Shown in pieces: positions 1-8,407 of a DNA stretch of 64,000 bases (the stretch's first letter is position 1; each line of letters opens with the position of its first letter). Source of the DNA: Pseudobdellovibrionaceae bacterium. Lineage in GTDB: Bacteria; Bdellovibrionota; Bdellovibrionia; Bdellovibrionales; Bdellovibrionaceae. The notes beneath the pieces are model-generated. The model ran no database searches. It worked only from the letters and a program-made list of their open reading frames with translations, and was not told the DNA's origin. The DNA is taken from assembly GCA_039810425.1 (NCBI GenBank), contig JBDHWW010000006.1:1-64000 (forward strand). The letters run 5' to 3'. The position numbers and the translations under genes are program-made.

Positions 1-34
1 CACGGCATCGGAAAATTCAAAAAATAAAATTTAA

Positions 35-367
35 CGGATCGGAGAGGATTGCTGCGGAGATTCCACGGATCCGGGTTTTATTGGACCAGATAATTTAATT
101 TTTGGCCAAGTCGACAATAAACAATCTTTTGATGGTTGGAGAGATGATAAGTTCAAAAGAAAAATTATTTTTAAAACATCGAGTTTAAAAATAATTGAAA
201 ATCATGTTTTGTCAGGAATGGCCATTGCCTATTTGCCAGATTATCTTTTTAAAAATCCAGAATTAGAGATTTTAAATGTAAATGGTTGTAATTTTATCTG
301 TACTCAGAAAATTTATTTATTGGCAAAAAAACCTAAAGAAAGAAGTTGGATGAGGGATTTATTCTAA
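35..367 (+). pseudogene. 5'-truncated remnant of a probable LysR-type regulator (C-terminal substrate-binding part)
   Basis: Frame 2 is open from 35 to TAA at 365-367 (FIGPDNLIFGQVDNKQSFDGWRDDKFKRKIIFKTSSLKIIENHVLSGMAIAYLPDY...), which resembles a LysR C-terminal domain (G.aia.LP). There is an in-frame stop at 32-34 and no usable start. Very AT-rich. Confidence 0.5.
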
Positions 368-411
368 GTCTATCCATTTGAAATCATTGAATTGCTGGTA
401 GTATATTGGGA

Positions 412-426
412 AAATTGGTTGCGGGG
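412..426 (+). repeat. att-site copy of the tRNA-Met 3' end (distal island boundary)
   Basis: AAATTGGTTGCGGGG is identical to 16171-16185, which covers the tRNA CCA end and acceptor strand. Confidence 0.8.
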
Positions 427-643
427 AACTGTTGCGCACCCGCAGGCTTCTTCCAAAGTATGAGTTAGCGCCGAAGGTGGCAACTCCATATGTATATATA
501 TCGCGTGGCGTCCAAGTTATTGGAATCAGAGGGTAAAATCAGATTTAAAAGTGAATCCTAAGTTGGCCATCGCTATAGCCTATTAAGAGCTTGTATATTG
601 TATTTGAATACACACTATTCAATATAAAATATTACTCAGAGTA

Positions 644-672
644 TTGACAAAAGGCCTGAATTGTGGTTTAAT
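644..672 (+). promoter_or_regulatory. sigma70-type promoter for the XRE-CBASS operon
   Basis: TTGACA (644-649), 17-bp spacer, TG-extended TTTAAT (667-672). An inverted repeat TTGAATA-N5-TATTCAA lies at 604-622 just upstream. Confidence 0.6.
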
Positions 673-801
673 AGAATCTGGTAGCGAAACCAGATTTCCC
701 ATCTTTGTAATTCACCCAAAATTTCGCCGAGCCACTGAACTGAGGCCCTTTGTCCTTTGGATAACTGCGAGCTTCTACGCGGCTTTGCTTTGAAAGGCTT
801 T

Positions 802-1155
802 ATGAAAAACGACACAGAATTTCCGAAGTACAAACTCGGAGAGCGCATCAAAGAACTCCGAGAAAAGAGGGGTCTGTCTCAAGAGGACTTGGCAAAAAAA
901 ACTGGATTAAGCCAGTCGACCGTTTCCCAAGTTGAGCGTGAAGAAAAAGACCCATCGCTTTCCACTCTTCAGAAAGTTTCCGAGGGCTTAGACGTTCATA
1001 TTGCGATGCTTTTTGCGAACGAGAATGTGCACGTCTTCGACTTACAGAAACTCAGGAGTAAGTACGACACCGTGGATAAGCTTTCACCGTATTTGTACAC
1101 GGCACTGGGCAAGATTGTTCGCTATGCGGCGGACATCGGATTTATCAAAGGATAG
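802..1155 (+). CDS. XRE-family HTH transcriptional regulator heading the CBASS operon
   Basis: LGERIKELREKRGLSQEDLAKKTGLSQSTVSQVEREEKDPSLSTLQKV is a classic HTH_3. ATG 802 preferred over 757. Ends 3 nt before the patatin start. Confidence 0.9.
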   Translation: MKNDTEFPKYKLGERIKELREKRGLSQEDLAKKTGLSQSTVSQVEREEKDPSLSTLQKVSEGLDVHIAMLFANENVHVFDLQKLRSKYDTVDKLSPYLYTALGKIVRYAADIGFIKG

Positions 1156-1158
1156 TAA

Positions 1159-2097
1159 ATGCAGAATGAAAATTTCAAAATTTTGAGCATCGACGGCGGC
1201 GGCATACGCGGGGTTTTCCCTGCACACATTCTCCAATGCGTCGAAAGTCGACTAGGAATTGATCCGACAACACATTTTAATATGCTCGCGGGCACCAGCA
1301 CCGGGGCAATCATTGCTGCCGCTCTTGCATGTAAGATCAAACCTGAAGTCATCGTAGCCCTGTATAAGGATAAGGGCGAACACATCTTTAAGAAAAAGTG
1401 CTCATGGTGGCCAAGCCTTGCGAAGCCAGGTTTTCATAGCCTCTACGACAGTGCCGGGTTGGCCGAGCTACTAAAAGAAATTTTCAAGGATACGAAGCTT
1501 GGCGACATTTCAATTCCTTTAATCTTGCCAGCGACAGACATTGGGCACGGTGGCGTTCACGTCTTCAAATCAAACTATTCGAGCAGCTTTACAAGGGACA
1601 ATCATGTTCTCGTCCGCGATGCCGTCCTTGCATCATGTAGTGCGCCGACATACTTCGATCCTGCGCGAGTGAATGAATACGCATTGGCAGATGGAGGCCT
1701 TTGGGCAAACAACCCTTCTCTAACGGCATTTATAGATGCCCAGCGCCGATTGAATATTGAGCGTAAAGACATAAAAATTCTGTCGCTCGGAACTGGTCAC
1801 TCTCGAACTTATTATTCCGTCAAGGTCGCACACCGGAAATGGGGCCTTCTCAACGGGTGGCGCGGGCGCGAGTTCATCGATTTTTTGATGTCGCTTCAGG
1901 GCCAATCAATCCACAACTATCTTGAACTGTCTCTAAGCAAGGACCAACTATGCCGTGTGAATTTTGAATCCGACTGTCCGTTACCACTAGATGATTGTTC
2001 TGCCATTGATGATTTAATTTCGCGAGCTGACAGGATGTTCACCCATGAGAGCGAAAAGTTGAAAACATTTTTAACAACCCATGAAGGGGGAATATGA
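1159..2097 (+). CDS. capV: patatin-like phospholipase, CBASS effector (CapV-like)
   Basis: DGGGIRG oxyanion motif, GTSTG nucleophile elbow and DGG catalytic Asp. Overlaps the CD-NTase start (ATGA). Confidence 0.88.
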   Translation: MQNENFKILSIDGGGIRGVFPAHILQCVESRLGIDPTTHFNMLAGTSTGAIIAAALACKIKPEVIVALYKDKGEHIFKKKCSWWPSLAKPGFHSLYDSAGLAELLKEIFKDTKLGDISIPLILPATDIGHGGVHVFKSNYSSSFTRDNHVLVRDAVLASCSAPTYFDPARVNEYALADGGLWANNPSLTAFIDAQRRLNIERKDIKILSLGTGHSRTYYSVKVAHRKWGLLNGWRGREFIDFLMSLQGQSIHNYLELSLSKDQLCRVNFESDCPLPLDDCSAIDDLISRADRMFTHESEKLKTFLTTHEGGI

Positions 2098-3290
2098 ATT
2101 CCAGAAACCGAAATATCGTTCTAGAGAAAATGCTTGAGCAACTAGAGTTGCCAATGACGGCCTATGAGAAAGCAAAAACTCGCTACGAAGACCTGGGAAA
2201 ATGGTTTTCGCGAGAAGAGTCTTTGATAAAGGACTTTGACCCGCACGTTTTCGTTCAAGGCTCGTTTAGATTGGGCACGGCAAATCGACCCGTCAACGAA
2301 GACGAACCATATGATCTTGATTTATCGTGCAAGCTAAAAGCCGGAATTTCGACAGCCACTCATACCCAGAAGGATTTGAAAGATCTTATCGGTAAAGAAT
2401 TGGAGGCATACCGACAACGTCGCGGTATCGAAAGCCCGCTGGTTCCAAAACACCGCTGTTGGCGTCTTGAATACCAAGATGAAATGAGTTTCCACATGGA
2501 TGTTGTCCCTGGAATTCCAGCGGAGACAAGAGGTCGATCGATCGCAAAATCAATGTTAAGCACGGGAGCTTCCGAGTATTTCGCTTCCGTTGCGACGCAA
2601 TCGACGATTTATATTACCGACGACCGTGATGAGTCTTTCGATGAACTCAGTGATGAATGGGGTATCAGCAACCCTGAAGGATACGCTAAATGGTTCGAGG
2701 ACGAAATTTATCGCACCCGCCGTTTTACACTTCTTGAAAAGGCCAAGGTTGACGAAGTTCCACTTTTCAAGCGCAAGACGCCGCTTCAAAGGGTTGTGCA
2801 ACTTCTGAAAAGGCATCGTGATCAGATGTTTAAAGATGATCCAAAGTCCATGCCTATTTCCATTGTAATTACGACTCTTGCGGCAATGGCTTACGAAGGA
2901 GAACAAGACCTCGAGACTGCGCTCACAAATATTTTGGCAAAGATGGGAAGCTTTGTTCGTCCGTCTGCCCCTAGAGTCCCGAATCCCGTTGATCCCAGTG
3001 AAGACTTCGCGGATCGATGGTCTATGCCCGAATGTCGTCACTTGAATCTCGAACAGAATTTTTGGGATTGGTTGGCGCAGGCAAAAACAGACTTTGAGGC
3101 CATTTGTAACTCTGAGAGAGTTGATTTTATCGGCGGCCAAGCCCGCAAGCGGTTTGCGCTAAACCTCAACGAAGCTGACTTGGCAAAGAGCCTTGGGATT
3201 GCACAGTCACCGGCAGCAACCCAGACTCCGAAGGTTCACGTTGTCAGCAGCGCTGCGCCTCCGTGGACAGCAGAATCAGATGAAACATGA
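2094..3290 (+). CDS. cGAS/DncV-like nucleotidyltransferase (CD-NTase), CBASS cyclase
   Basis: QGSFRLGT..RP...YDLDL (hGS..DxD), FHMDVVPG third Asp, SNPEGYAKWF, LQRVVQLLKRHRD, PISIVITTLAA, PNPVDPSEDFADRW. Confidence 0.93.
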   Translation: MNSRNRNIVLEKMLEQLELPMTAYEKAKTRYEDLGKWFSREESLIKDFDPHVFVQGSFRLGTANRPVNEDEPYDLDLSCKLKAGISTATHTQKDLKDLIGKELEAYRQRRGIESPLVPKHRCWRLEYQDEMSFHMDVVPGIPAETRGRSIAKSMLSTGASEYFASVATQSTIYITDDRDESFDELSDEWGISNPEGYAKWFEDEIYRTRRFTLLEKAKVDEVPLFKRKTPLQRVVQLLKRHRDQMFKDDPKSMPISIVITTLAAMAYEGEQDLETALTNILAKMGSFVRPSAPRVPNPVDPSEDFADRWSMPECRHLNLEQNFWDWLAQAKTDFEAICNSERVDFIGGQARKRFALNLNEADLAKSLGIAQSPAATQTPKVHVVSSAAPPWTAESDET

Positions 3291-3936
3291 ACTACCAGGT
3301 ACAAATGAATTCTTGCGCGACTATCCTGGAATGTCCCGCGCTCCGGCGGGACTAGGTGAGGTAGTTTTCAAAGGTGATTTTGATTTTACGGCCACGTACC
3401 GAGATGGGGTTGAGATCACTGAAAGTTATGCGCTGAAGATATCCGTGCCGCTCAGCTTTCCAAACGCCATTCCGAAAGTGTGGGAGCTAGGTGATAAAAT
3501 TCCAAATGATGGACGCCATCATTTAAACCCCAACAAGACACTTTGCTTGGGCGCTCCGATTCATGTCTTAAAGAAAGTGAAAGAAAGTCCTACAGTCGTT
3601 GGATTCGCAGAGAACTGTATTGTTCCCTTTCTCTATGCCGTTTCCAGAAAAATTAGGGATGGCAAAGACTTTGTTATGGGCGAACTAGAGCATGGCGAAC
3701 CGGGCGTCATTCAGGATTATGAACGCCTTTTTGGCATTACTGGACGCGATCAGGTGCTCAGAGTTCTTGAATCGCTAAGTTTGAAAAAGCGGATTGCAAA
3801 CAAGCGCCCCTGTCCCTGTAATTGTGGATTACGTCTTGGCAAGTGTTCCATCAGGCATACAGTGAACTACTACCGTAGACTTGCGCCCCGCTCATGGTTC
3901 CGCAAACACTTCCAAAAACCTGGCGCCGCGATGTAG
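3280..3936 (+). CDS. CBASS-associated E2 (UBC-fold)-like protein with C-terminal SEC-C-like Cys cluster
   Basis: ATG 3280 overlaps the CD-NTase end by 11 nt. Contains I.VP..FP..IPKV and HLNPNKTLCLG (E2 H-x-N...catalytic Cys), plus C-terminal CPCNCGLRLGKC. Confidence 0.75.
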   Translation: MKHELPGTNEFLRDYPGMSRAPAGLGEVVFKGDFDFTATYRDGVEITESYALKISVPLSFPNAIPKVWELGDKIPNDGRHHLNPNKTLCLGAPIHVLKKVKESPTVVGFAENCIVPFLYAVSRKIRDGKDFVMGELEHGEPGVIQDYERLFGITGRDQVLRVLESLSLKKRIANKRPCPCNCGLRLGKCSIRHTVNYYRRLAPRSWFRKHFQKPGAAM

Positions 3937-4029
3937 CTCTGGAAATCTTTAAAACACCCGGGCAGCCCCCGGTCCGTTCGCAGCATAAGGAGTTTCGTCA
4001 AACTGATAACATGATTGTTTGAGCGCCGG

Positions 4030-4242
4030 TTATGACTTCTGGCTTTCTGCCATGAATCGCCGAGTCTCGCTCAAGAAGAATTCTTTGCCCTCGTCATCGA
4101 GGTCATCCATGGTGACGACGCAGTCACCGACGATGTTGACCGTTTGGATGAAAGGCTCACCGTTTTCGACCGTCGCGTACACCTCACATTGAGTGTGCTC
4201 GTCGATGAAAGTGGTGAAACGGATTTCTTTTGGCTCGTCCAT
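4030..4242 (-). CDS. small acidic hypothetical protein
   Basis: 70-aa ORF, co-oriented and 53 nt downstream of the aspartic protease gene. Confidence 0.55.
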   Translation of the reverse strand: MDEPKEIRFTTFIDEHTQCEVYATVENGEPFIQTVNIVGDCVVTMDDLDDEGKEFFLSETRRFMAESQKS

Positions 4243-4295
4243 GGGCGAATCATCACCACGTTTGCCAGAAAATGCTCAGAAAATTTTGTTTCGCG

Positions 4296-4805
4296 CTACT
4301 TCGGAGCAACGAGGGTCAGCCGGCAAGAATCTCCGCGGATATGCAAATCGAACAGAGATAACAACTCGGCTCCGATAAGAGCTTTTTCTCCCATCGTTCC
4401 AGAAACGGCTACTGTCGTCTGTATTGGAATGCCATTGACGACAAGAAGGACATTGTGAGTGGGGGCTTCGACAACGGAGCCATCGGCGTTAGTGACTCCA
4501 AACATTTGCACTAGTGTTGATTCATTAAGACCGATCTGATCCGCCACAAACGCAGGAATGACGACGGCAAAGTGGCAGCCAGTGTCGATCACGAATTCAA
4601 CTCCGCGAATGTCATTGCCATTCGATAAGTTACGCAAATCCGCTGTCAGAGTGTAGGTCTTTGACGTTTGAATCGGACACTGAAGCGTACTCTTGGATTG
4701 ACCGATAACTTCGGCCACGATCTTCTTTTGTTGGGGCGCACTTACTTTTGGTGTTGCTTGGGCCAAGTAGTTCGCTCGCATCGCTTTCATCATTGCTTTG
4801 TACAT
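4296..4805 (-). CDS. retropepsin-like (clan AA) aspartic protease
   Basis: FVIDTGC catalytic motif, NADG flap, ALIGAELL (hhG..hL) C-terminal motif. GGAGG RBS precedes ATG 4805. Confidence 0.8.
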   Translation of the reverse strand: MYKAMMKAMRANYLAQATPKVSAPQQKKIVAEVIGQSKSTLQCPIQTSKTYTLTADLRNLSNGNDIRGVEFVIDTGCHFAVVIPAFVADQIGLNESTLVQMFGVTNADGSVVEAPTHNVLLVVNGIPIQTTVAVSGTMGEKALIGAELLSLFDLHIRGDSCRLTLVAPK

Positions 4806-5150
4806 AGAACCTCCAGGGTAAAGATTGGCGACACGAAACGAGTCGCATTCGGACATCGAAATTTATCGAGAATCCCAAAAGCTCAAAATTTTTATCCCTT
4901 TCGGATCAACTCTGGGCATTTTTAAAAATGGGCGTTCCAAAAACGCCCGGCTTCAAATTTGTAACGGAGGTGGATAACGGGATCTCGAACACGGCCAGGA
5001 TCGGCATCAAAACAGAGTGCCACAAAATCTGCGACTGGCGCGGATTCTAACGTCGTTTTGCCCTCTGGACCGAGCGAGATCCTGAACACTGTGAACGGCT
5101 TTTCGCCCGAGACTCCTCAAGACGCTGGAAATGCCTCAAGCTATAGTAGC

Positions 5151-5480
5151 ATGCACCACAAACTCCATTTGGTGCTTCGAGATCTTTTGAAAAAGAACGG
5201 CCAGTCGGCCCGAAAGGCTGCGAAGGCCTGCGGGGTTCCTCTGTCGACCTTCAACGGATACTTGAAGCCCGACAGACATCAAATTGATCCGAATCATCTG
5301 CTGGCGATGGCCCGGCACTTTAACGTCAGTCTTGATTATCTTTTGAGTGGCCGAGAGCCGTCTCAGCGAATTGAAGGCCTTCCAACGAAACGTCTGTTCA
5401 GCCGTTGGGTCAAGCTCACCATTGAAGAGATCGCTGACGAAGGAGATGACTTAGATTTCCTGAAAGGTGGAAAGAAATGA
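5151..5480 (+). CDS. XRE/phage-repressor-like HTH regulator
   Basis: LRDLLKKNGQSARKAAKACGVPLSTFNGYL...LLAMARHFNVSLDYLLSG. Overlaps the next gene (ATGA). Confidence 0.85.
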   Translation: MHHKLHLVLRDLLKKNGQSARKAAKACGVPLSTFNGYLKPDRHQIDPNHLLAMARHFNVSLDYLLSGREPSQRIEGLPTKRLFSRWVKLTIEEIADEGDDLDFLKGGKK

Positions 5481-6121
5481 AGCCATGTATGCTTCTGCTG
5501 ATATCACTTACGGTCTCGATTGGAACACTTTCCTACGCGGAGAATACGACCAAAGCGTCAAAAAACATTGGGTATTACGGAATTGATCTTGGTCTCGATA
5601 AGAACAAATTGCCGGATCAGCTATCAAAGTTGTCAATTCATTATCTCAACAAGACGGATCACCTCAAAATCCTCAATCAACAAAAGCTAGCTTCGGTTAT
5701 ATTTCAATATAAGGACGTCTGTGCGGATGATCCAAAAGATCTGGGCAAGGGATACGAGTTGGTCATCTGCACATTTACGTCAGAAAGATCCAAGGCGCAG
5801 AAGATCAAAGGAATGGCTCTTGTATTTGCAGGCGCTAAGCTCTTTCGGATTGAGGCGAGCCTTGAAGACAAATCGACCAAGGAAGTTGAGGGTTTACTGA
5901 AGGATGCCACTTCTCGGGAAAAGGAAAAACTGAACGCCATTGGGAAAAGCAACGCTCTCTTCTCATTTTTCCCATTCCTGTACTCACAAAAATCTGATCC
6001 AGCCACACAACAGATTTTCCAAAAGTCTCAACAAATTTTCTCATTAGTGAATGAAGGACCGGCGGCATACGTCGTCCTTCTTGAGCCAACAATTTTGTTT
6101 GAGCATCAAAATAGGAAATAA
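5477..6121 (+). CDS. exported hypothetical protein
   Basis: N-terminal signal peptide (MKPCMLLLISLTVSIGTLSYA); translationally coupled to the HTH gene. Confidence 0.7.
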   Translation: MKPCMLLLISLTVSIGTLSYAENTTKASKNIGYYGIDLGLDKNKLPDQLSKLSIHYLNKTDHLKILNQQKLASVIFQYKDVCADDPKDLGKGYELVICTFTSERSKAQKIKGMALVFAGAKLFRIEASLEDKSTKEVEGLLKDATSREKEKLNAIGKSNALFSFFPFLYSQKSDPATQQIFQKSQQIFSLVNEGPAAYVVLLEPTILFEHQNRK

Positions 6122-6140
6122 AATTAAAAAGGAGATTTTT

Positions 6141-6767
6141 ATGAAACCTGTTTTTCAAGCTCTGATGTTGTTGCCGCTTGTGTTCGCCGCCGGCTGCTCG
6201 ACAACTAATTCCAAAAAGATCGCCGAAATGCAAGGCAACGTCGGTGAAGAGCGAGTGCTATCCAGGATCGACGAACTCTCGTCGCGCCCAAGTTGGGTGA
6301 AGGAGTCCGAGCCTTTTCGCATCGAGGGCGGCAAGGTGCAATCAATGGGAATGACATCCATACCCGCAGATGACCGAGTCGAAGCGGCCTTTCGGATCGC
6401 CGAGAACAATGGCAAGGCTGCAATTGCCGGAGCGATCGAACAGCGCTTGGACTTTGTTTTCCAGAACGCAGAGGAAGGGACCGGAATGGGAAGTACCCAG
6501 GCTCGCTACATCGGTGCCGAAGCAAGCAAACTCACGACGAGCAGCCTTCGTCCAAGCAAACGGTACTGGGAGAAAATCGCAACGACTCAAGAAAATGGAC
6601 AAGTCACGGTCAAATACCGCGTGTTTGCGCTCGTCGAAATGCCCGAGAATGATTTCAAGACAGCTATCTTCGATGCCATTCGCAGAAGCCTGGGCAAGGC
6701 CGGCATCAGCGCAGAATTTGCCGAGAAGGTCGACAGTCATTGGGATCAATTCGTCAGTGGGAAGTAA
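6141..6767 (+). CDS. LPP20-like lipoprotein
   Basis: AGGAG RBS; lipobox FAAG|C; RPSWV then a G..A...A...A helix and YWEK...Y.VF.LV pattern typical of LPP20-like proteins. Confidence 0.7.
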   Translation: MKPVFQALMLLPLVFAAGCSTTNSKKIAEMQGNVGEERVLSRIDELSSRPSWVKESEPFRIEGGKVQSMGMTSIPADDRVEAAFRIAENNGKAAIAGAIEQRLDFVFQNAEEGTGMGSTQARYIGAEASKLTTSSLRPSKRYWEKIATTQENGQVTVKYRVFALVEMPENDFKTAIFDAIRRSLGKAGISAEFAEKVDSHWDQFVSGK

Positions 6768-7545
6768 GGCGCTGCCCGGATGGGTTTTCTGTTCAATCTT
6801 GTATACCGTTCTGCTGTCAACGACAGCCAGTGCAGAGTCACCCCGTTGGACTCGTGAGAACGGCATCAAGCAAAACGGCTCGGCGTTGACTGTTGTCTCG
6901 TCAGGCGTTGGCCCTTCGCTCGATCTGGCGAGGCGCGCGGCAATTGACCAAGCCAAAGCGACCGCCGCAGATCAGGTCAATGGCTCTGCCGATATTCGAA
7001 GCCTCAGCATCGAGACTGAAAAATCCGCAAGTTTTCATTCCGAGGTTTCAAGCATCAAGCGAGTAAACAATCTGGTTTGCAATCCAAAGGATGACTACTT
7101 CGAGGAGAAAAATGGATCCTTCACTGTATGGCTGAAATGTGAATTTGACCTCAGCAAATCTCGAGTCGTGACCATCACCGAAGGTGAAGGCCAGATACAA
7201 AAGCAGAATCAAACTAAGAACGATCAAGCTGGGGACAAAAGCATTGTCGCCGTAGACGGCAGCTTTTCTCAGAAAGCGCCCCTTATCGGGAAATCAACCA
7301 CTGGAGAAGACCGTCATCTTGTTCTTTCGGTCGTTCCAGCATGCGAATCCATCTTGGTTCGAGGCAAACAAAGTCGAACAATTCACTGCAAGGGAAATCC
7401 CGTCACCGTCTTGGTTTTTAAGTCCGACACCGAGATGATTGTCCGAGGACCTGCGGGCTTTGCACCAAAGCATTTGAAAGTGCATGAAAAGCGGACTGAC
7501 ACCTCGCCAACTGAAACTTTGGAGGTCTATCTTGAAAAGATGTAG
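6757..7545 (+). CDS. exported protein with LPP20-like N-terminal domain
   Basis: Probable GTG start at 6757 overlapping the upstream stop; signal peptide ending ASA|E; SPRW...GVGPSLDLARRAAIDQAKATAA. Confidence 0.6.
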   Translation: MGSKALPGWVFCSILYTVLLSTTASAESPRWTRENGIKQNGSALTVVSSGVGPSLDLARRAAIDQAKATAADQVNGSADIRSLSIETEKSASFHSEVSSIKRVNNLVCNPKDDYFEEKNGSFTVWLKCEFDLSKSRVVTITEGEGQIQKQNQTKNDQAGDKSIVAVDGSFSQKAPLIGKSTTGEDRHLVLSVVPACESILVRGKQSRTIHCKGNPVTVLVFKSDTEMIVRGPAGFAPKHLKVHEKRTDTSPTETLEVYLEKM

Positions 7546-8389
7546 ACTTTCATTTTTTTCGGCGTTGGTAGTCATCGTCTCGGGCTGTGCAACTGAGCCT
7601 GTTCGAGCGCCTTTGAAAGTTCAACGTATTTCTACGCCACACCTTATTTCTGAGTCGGCTTACTCACAAATTTCTTCAGTAGTTGAGTCTGGTGCTTGGA
7701 AACCCGAGCAAATGGGGACTATCCGCAATGGCCTCTGTGTCGGCGCTAGTCCGCGAATCTCGATTAAGCGCTCTTTCACCTACACTCCACCTTCAATAAA
7801 GGGTTTGCCGGTTGACGAAGCTCTTCGTTGGCGAATGACTCATCTGGATTGCGCCCGTAAATTTTTGAAGGATGATTTCTTCTACTACACAGGCCAGTCC
7901 TACGGTGGTGCGAGTCAACCAGAGGACTTGGAACAACCGCTAATGGCCGATCAGCTCGCCGATGTTGACCGCGAAGCCTACGATCGAAGGAACTTCGTGA
8001 ACGGTCCGCAACTTCTGCAAAAGACGTATGCAGCACGCTTCTTGAAGCCTTTGTTCTTTCGTGAAGGCGGATACGTGGACATGCAGCTTTTGTTTCAGCG
8101 ATACACATTCCGCATTCCTTATGACGTTATTGTCAAATTTGAAAAAACAGATTCCTCTCCGCGCATCAAGCTGCCTGCTGATAATCACTATTTCGGTTAC
8201 GACGGTGAGAAATTTGCCGCAAGCATGGCCTTGGATCATCAGGATTTTCTCTGGCGCTGGGTCGCCAAAAATTCAACGTCAATTGCCGAAGCTGCGACGG
8301 ACAATGGAGAAACAAAGTTTTCGGTAGAAATGAAACTGGATATTTTCTGCCGTTACTCAGTACCAGTCGATGAACTCAGAAGTCATTGA
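7532..8389 (+). CDS. hypothetical lipoprotein
   Basis: GGAGG (7521-7525) then TTG 7532 gives MKRCRLSFFSALVVIVSG|C, a lipobox. Confidence 0.7.
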   Translation: MKRCRLSFFSALVVIVSGCATEPVRAPLKVQRISTPHLISESAYSQISSVVESGAWKPEQMGTIRNGLCVGASPRISIKRSFTYTPPSIKGLPVDEALRWRMTHLDCARKFLKDDFFYYTGQSYGGASQPEDLEQPLMADQLADVDREAYDRRNFVNGPQLLQKTYAARFLKPLFFREGGYVDMQLLFQRYTFRIPYDVIVKFEKTDSSPRIKLPADNHYFGYDGEKFAASMALDHQDFLWRWVAKNSTSIAEAATDNGETKFSVEMKLDIFCRYSVPVDELRSH

Positions 8390-8407
8390 GCTTCGATCAG
8401 TCAAAGA

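Noticed and set aside
3193..3279. N-terminal extension of the E2-like ORF
   Set aside because: Lies inside the CD-NTase gene; ATG 3280 gives the usual short overlap.
6370..6756. N-terminal 129 aa of the 391-aa ORF
   Set aside because: Overlaps the LPP20-like lipoprotein in another frame; a signal peptide appears only from GTG 6757.
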